This document shows positions 21,501 through 27,500 of a stretch of 60,378 bases of DNA, one piece after another. The DNA is from an uncultured Planctomycetia bacterium (GTDB lineage: Bacteria > Omnitrophota > Gorgyraeia > Tantalellales > Tantalellaceae). How positions within the stretch are numbered: the stretch's first letter is position 1; each line of letters opens with the position of its first letter. Both the position numbers and the translations under genes were made by a program. The notes beneath the pieces were generated by a model that saw nothing but the letters and a program-made list of their open reading frames with translations, did no database searches and had not been told where the DNA came from. The DNA lies in assembly GCA_964527555.1 (NCBI GenBank), contig CAZGOG010000007.1, positions 1 through 60,378 on the forward strand, given 5' to 3'.

Positions 21501-24500
21501 GACTCGGAATTGGGATCTCGTATAGCGCTCAGGGGCCAGAAATCGACCAGGCTTGAAGGTCTTTATACCCAGATACTTGAGGATGAGCTTCCCGCGGAAG
21601 GTATTAAATGGTGGCTGCAGAGATCGCGCTGGATATCCGTACAGACTTTTAGTGCCGTTATAAGTCACCGTCCCGCCGCTTTTATGTTCTTTGGCCAGCA
21701 TATCTTTGCCGCTTTGGCCTGGGGTCTTATAGGCACGAAGTTGACTCTTATACCCGGCATAATCGCCGTTCTCATTGCTTTTTATGCTGGAGGATGGTTT
21801 TCCTATTTCGTAGGTATAGGTGTCAGCCGTCTTTTCCGCAGGATAGGCTGGGAAAGAAACGAGCAGTGGCAGACCGACCCGTTAAAGACCATGGGGGGCT
21901 TCTTCTTGGGCTGGTGGCGCTTCCAGAACATGGCATATCTATCCTCCGCTGCGTTTGCGGGCCTTGCTGCGGGTATTACCTTGCTAGTCACGGCTCTTTA
22001 TTTCGGGATTACCATCTTTTCCACTTCTTTCTTTGTCTGCTTAGATGGCGGTATCTTTCAGCTTCTTAGCTATGTCACCAGCACCAATCTGGGTACGATA
22101 CCGACAATGGAGAACTGGCTTATAACCACAATGTTCGGGATTATATTTTTCTTAAACCCTCAAGTGCAGCAGACTCTCATGGGATGGATCGTAGCTTCTA
22201 TCAACGCTCCTGAAGACGAGGAATCAACGCGCCAGCAACTTTGGGCAAGGATAGAAGACAGGGGATTTAGAAAATTGTTTGGTTTTGATAATGAATGGAT
22301 ATTGGATCCTAACAACCCGCCAGCTGCTGCGGTTATACACGGACCGTATCCGCCGATTAATATCGACAAATATCGGGATGAAGGAGCAATTAACCAGCTT
22401 CTTGCCAGGTACCACAGATTTGCCTTAAACGCAATCGAAAGAAATGCCCAGGAGATACAGGACCTTCTTATAGAGTGGACACCGCTTCTTTTGGGGAAAG
22501 ACACGATCCAGGCAATGCTGACGGAGATAGCCCACGCCACCTCCAGAGGCATTAAAGAAGAAGATTTCGTCAAAGACAAAAAAATATATGCATTTTTATT
22601 GAAAGAATGGAAAACTTTTATTAGCGCCAGAGGTGAACATGATTTTTACGAGTTTATTGAAAGAAGAGCAAAAGCGTCAAGAGACGGGAACATAGACCCC
22701 GCTATTAACACGGCTAATATGTTCCTCTTTAACAGCTGGAAAGAGTTTAACGCGGCCAGAAAGAAACAACCCGTAGACCCTGGTAAGATCGGGAGTATTT
22801 ACGTCTATAAAAACGCCATGATGCAGGCTATTACCGAGAGTAAAAGTCTCTGGGGTTATACTCACGGCAGAGTGACTATCGGGCTAAAAGGGGCCCTGAC
22901 GGGACTTGGCATGTTAGCCTTGACGTGGTGGGTTCTAAGCGCTTTATACCTCATACCGGCATTTGTAACGACTACGTTCATAGTGCTGGGTCTAGTAATG
23001 ATTATAGGCTGGATGGTTTCTTTGTTTGTTTCCATTTTTATCGATAACCCCAACTGGAAAGCCGGAAGGTCCCCCCAATCGAAGATCGGCAGGCTGGCCT
23101 ATCACGGCACTATGTGGTTCCTGAGAATACCGCTTATGCTTATATATTTCAGCGGCATGATCGTAGCGGCCGCTTTTGCGATCTATACGGCCCTTTCCGC
23201 ATGGGTAAACGAAGCGTTCTGGCTAAGGGGCCGGCAGAGGATAAGTGTAACTTTTCTGCCGGGGGACAGGCCCACCCTTGCAAATTATATTGATGTAGCC
23301 ATCCTTAAATCCAGAGCCGAAGGCTGGGCATATTTTCTGATATTAGTAGCATTTTTTGTTATATGTGGTCTTCCGGCAGTCAAGGCGTTGGAACAAGAGA
23401 GGGTGAATGCGATCAGAACCGTTACCATAGAACCTATCTGGCAGGAGTTTATTAAAACCCCCAATGAAAATACTGCTAGAAGATTATATGATTTTGCATA
23501 CTGGGATGCGGTAAAGAGAGACAAGGGCGGTGTGGATCTACGCCTTGACTCCAGCGGTCTTATAATTTCGAAACTTGGTCTACGAGAAGAAAAAAAGATG
23601 ACCCCGGATGAAGCCGACACGGTCTTTAAGGGAGCGCTTATATGGATTCAGGCTTACCGTAAGGCATTATATGATGCGGGGGAAGAGAACTCGCTTAACG
23701 CACAATATGCCTTTGAAAGGGTTATTAACGGGTTTGAGACCTTCTGTCAGAGATATGAGATGATGGACCGGTTCGAGAAATATTTCCCAACGGAGGCAAT
23801 AAGCTTACTGGGTGAAGGTTTCACCGCGACGTGCGATCCAGATCCGGGTGAGGTTGGACTGGACGCCACAAAGAAAGAATTATTAATTAAGCCCGATCTT
23901 GAAAAAGACTATATCTGGATATGGCCTGACAGCAAGGCGGGTAATATTTTGGACGTCTATTTTGATCTGCCGCCCGAGATGGTCACCATCGATATGGAAG
24001 GCAAAGAGTTTGTGTTTGAGTTTTTTGTGCCAGAGGATCAAATGAGCGCTTTTACAGGCCGCAGCATTAAAGCTTTTTATGTGGATACTGAAGGGAGAGA
24101 TTGTGATGTTGGCGGAGAGGAAGAGATTATTCAATATGAACCTCTCCCGGAGCATCAGAGAGAGCAGGGGACTTTGGTGAGGGTAAACGTCGCCCCCGAC
24201 AAGCGGTCACCAAGCGGGTTTAATTTTATGGCTAAAAGATTTTTTATACGGATAGACGGGAACCAAAACCGGCCGGTTTCAGGTGAAAGCATAAGAATAA
24301 TAAGTCCAAGAGTGCAGAGTCGGATTTCTCTGTTAGATAGGCTCAACTATGACTGGCAGAATTTAAATTTATTCGGGACAAAAACCGCACCTCCTAGAGG
24401 ACAGATCACGCCGCCTCCTGCGCAAGAGGTAAAGCCGCCTGCAAAACCAACAATAGGATCAAAAAGAGCGCAGAAAGCGCAAAGAACTTCATGGCTTAAG

Positions 24501-27500
24501 AGGATCTCGCATGAAGCGGCCCAAAGGGTGAAAGAGATAAACCAGATGAGAGCTGCCAAGCCAAAAGTCTCAAGAAGGGGATACTCACATGGCGGCAGAA
24601 AACCGTGGGGTAGAACAAGTCTCGATATTATGTTACCGGAGGTACTTATCACCGCGGTAATCGCAATAGTCGTTGCGATTTTAACGCTTGGTGTGGAGAC
24701 AAACCTGGTCATTTACACAGTAGCAGCTATTTTAGTGTTTTCCGCCGCTTTTATGGGGGCTTTATCGCTTGGAGCGGGTATCAAGTATTTAAGGAACAAA
24801 CATCCGGAGGAATTGACGCCGCTTGAAGAGGGCATAAGAAGAAGCATTAAATATTACGCACCTGATGTAGAACTTCAGGAAGAAGAAGCTGAAGAAGAGC
24901 AGCATTTCCAGGCTCTTATAGATCCAGCTAAAGCGCCCCAGTATTATTCCGAGGAGATAGTCTTTAATGCATCCGGCTATACGGGTAATAGTGTCGATGA
25001 TATTAAGGAATACTTGAGGGAAGAAAATGGAACTGCTGTTTCCGTTGAAGGACCTAAGATAGGAGAGATTACCGTTGTCAAGAATTTCGAGGCAGACGCA
25101 CGTATAGCTGCTCAACTTGTAACGTACGGTATAAATATTAAACAACTTATTCAAAAAGACCTGGCCAAAGCGATAAGGATCCGGGGGCCGAACCTATTCC
25201 AGGGTCTGGAAGATAGAGAAATGTCACTTGTCCTTCTCGATAAATCCCCGTCCATATTCGAAGACCATAAGAAGAATAATTTCATCGGAATAAATAGAGT
25301 TCTCTTTGATAAAATCGCCAAAAACACCTCAAAAGAGGTTCTTGAAATTTTACTTATTACAGGTATACTTCACGAGCTAAGGCATGAAGCAGGCGAGGGG
25401 GATGAGGAGAAAATTACAAAAGAAGACGTTAGTCTTATTATATCCTTGGCAGCTCAGAAGGGCGTAACTATAAGATCAATTATTGATGTAATTAACCTGG
25501 TTTCAGGAGAGAGTCTACTTGTTGAAGAGTTAGAGAAGACTCCGTCTATAAATGTCCTAGCCGTTAAGATGATAACGAATGCAGCCAACCGTGCGATTAA
25601 GAATATAGAAGAGAAAGGCTGGATTACAACAACCCATAAAGATGGAATACTTAACCTTCTAAGACAGATAGCTAGAGGCGATGTCCCGTGTGGAACGGTA
25701 TATGATACTTCTCTTTCTTATACCGAACGAATAATGATAGATAGCCTTGGCAGGACTCGGGTAGAAATCAATACAGCACTTTTCTTTAACCACTCAGATA
25801 TGGAACACGAGGCTGATATTGTGCACGAAGTTGTACATTTCTTGCCACATCAAGTTGCCATGATACCTCTAGTAAACCAGCTTCTTCCGCAAGTAATTGG
25901 AATCCAGAATAGTCTTTCCGAGAGAGCTTTTAGCGAAAGAATTAAGGCTGACATAGATTTGCGTGAAATGAATAAACGGTTGTGGGCAATTAAAGTGCAG
26001 GGTGAAGCCGAGGCTCACTCAATTGGATATGAATACTGTAAAAATGCTTTACACCAAGAGAGTATAAAGTTTAAAGATTATTTACTAGAGAAAGCGGATT
26101 ATTTAGAGCAGGTGGCCGTTCGGGGTGATGTGGCAGCAAGGGCTAACCGTTGGCTGGTCCAGCATTTAACGGAAGAAGGCGCATTGGATTCCCGCTTCAA
26201 GCTATGGGTGATGAAAATTGCGCTTCATGAAAATACTATGAACATAATACGACAAATAGCCGAAGCTGAAGGTGTTGACACCTCAGACGAAACTCAGTAT
26301 GAACAGTGGTTACTTGCGTGGGTGAACAATCCAGAGTACGGTGGGATAGAGCCGGAAGGCGTGAAAACAGAAGCGCCAGAAACAGCTGTTAGCAAAAGAA
26401 TTAAGAAAGTTGCCGGTATTGTTATCCAACATATGGAAAAAGACGGGTGGATCGTTTCAAGCCACAAGGAAGAACTAATTGCACTCTTAAAAGAGATTAC
26501 AGAAGAGGGCAAATTCGAACTATTTAATGATCCCGCTCGTGGGATGGTTATGTGGATCGACGAGAAAAGAGACAATATATTGCAGGTCAATACGGCTCTT
26601 ATAGGCATGTATTCAGATCAAGAGATGGAATCAATACTAATACACGAGATGTTTCATCGACTGCCTCATCAGATTAAACGGCGCCGGAGAATTAACGAAA
26701 TCCTCGAGGAGCTAAAACGAAAGAAACCGGCAGCGGATGTTTTCTTCTGGAGAAATGAGGAGGGAAATGAAGTGCGTGAATTACTTAAGAGACTCATCGC
26801 CCTAAGAATACGAAATGAGGTTGAAGCCTGGTCTATTCAACATGAATATAGAAAACATATCGCTGAAAGCCTTGGATTTACCGATGTGAGGGATTACTAC
26901 CGAAAATGTGCGAGGGAAACTACCAGTCCGGGTATAAGAGAAGACTCTAACATTTTTATTAGAACTACACAAGATGACGGGACTTTAGGAGGAGAATTCA
27001 AGTGGATGCTCTTATCAATAATATTGCTACCATTAGGAGCCTCAGTAGCGAGGGGGCTCAGGGAGATGCTTAAAAACACCGCTACAGCTGAAGGTATTCT
27101 TTCTTCTGATGAAAATCAGTTTAAGGCGTGGCTGTTATCATGGATAGATGATGTAAAATACTGTGAAGTAGAACCAGAGGCCACACCAGTGAAGCCTTTG
27201 CCGGCTGAGACGGTAAAACCAACCCAGGAACCGACAGAAAGCGACGTGCGCAAGAGAATGACCCGGATCGCCAGCGAGGTCATCCGGCATATCGAGAAAG
27301 ACGGGTGGATCACTACGGAGTATGCCGGGGATATCGTTGGGGTTCTGCGCGATATCATAGAGAAAGGCGATTTTGAGATATATAACGAGCCGAATGACCC
27401 TTGGGGGCTTAAGGTCTCTCCGGCGAGCCATGGAGCCGGACACGTATTAAAGGCCAATAGGCCTATAATAGCTATGGATTCGGATGAGGAACTTGAAACG

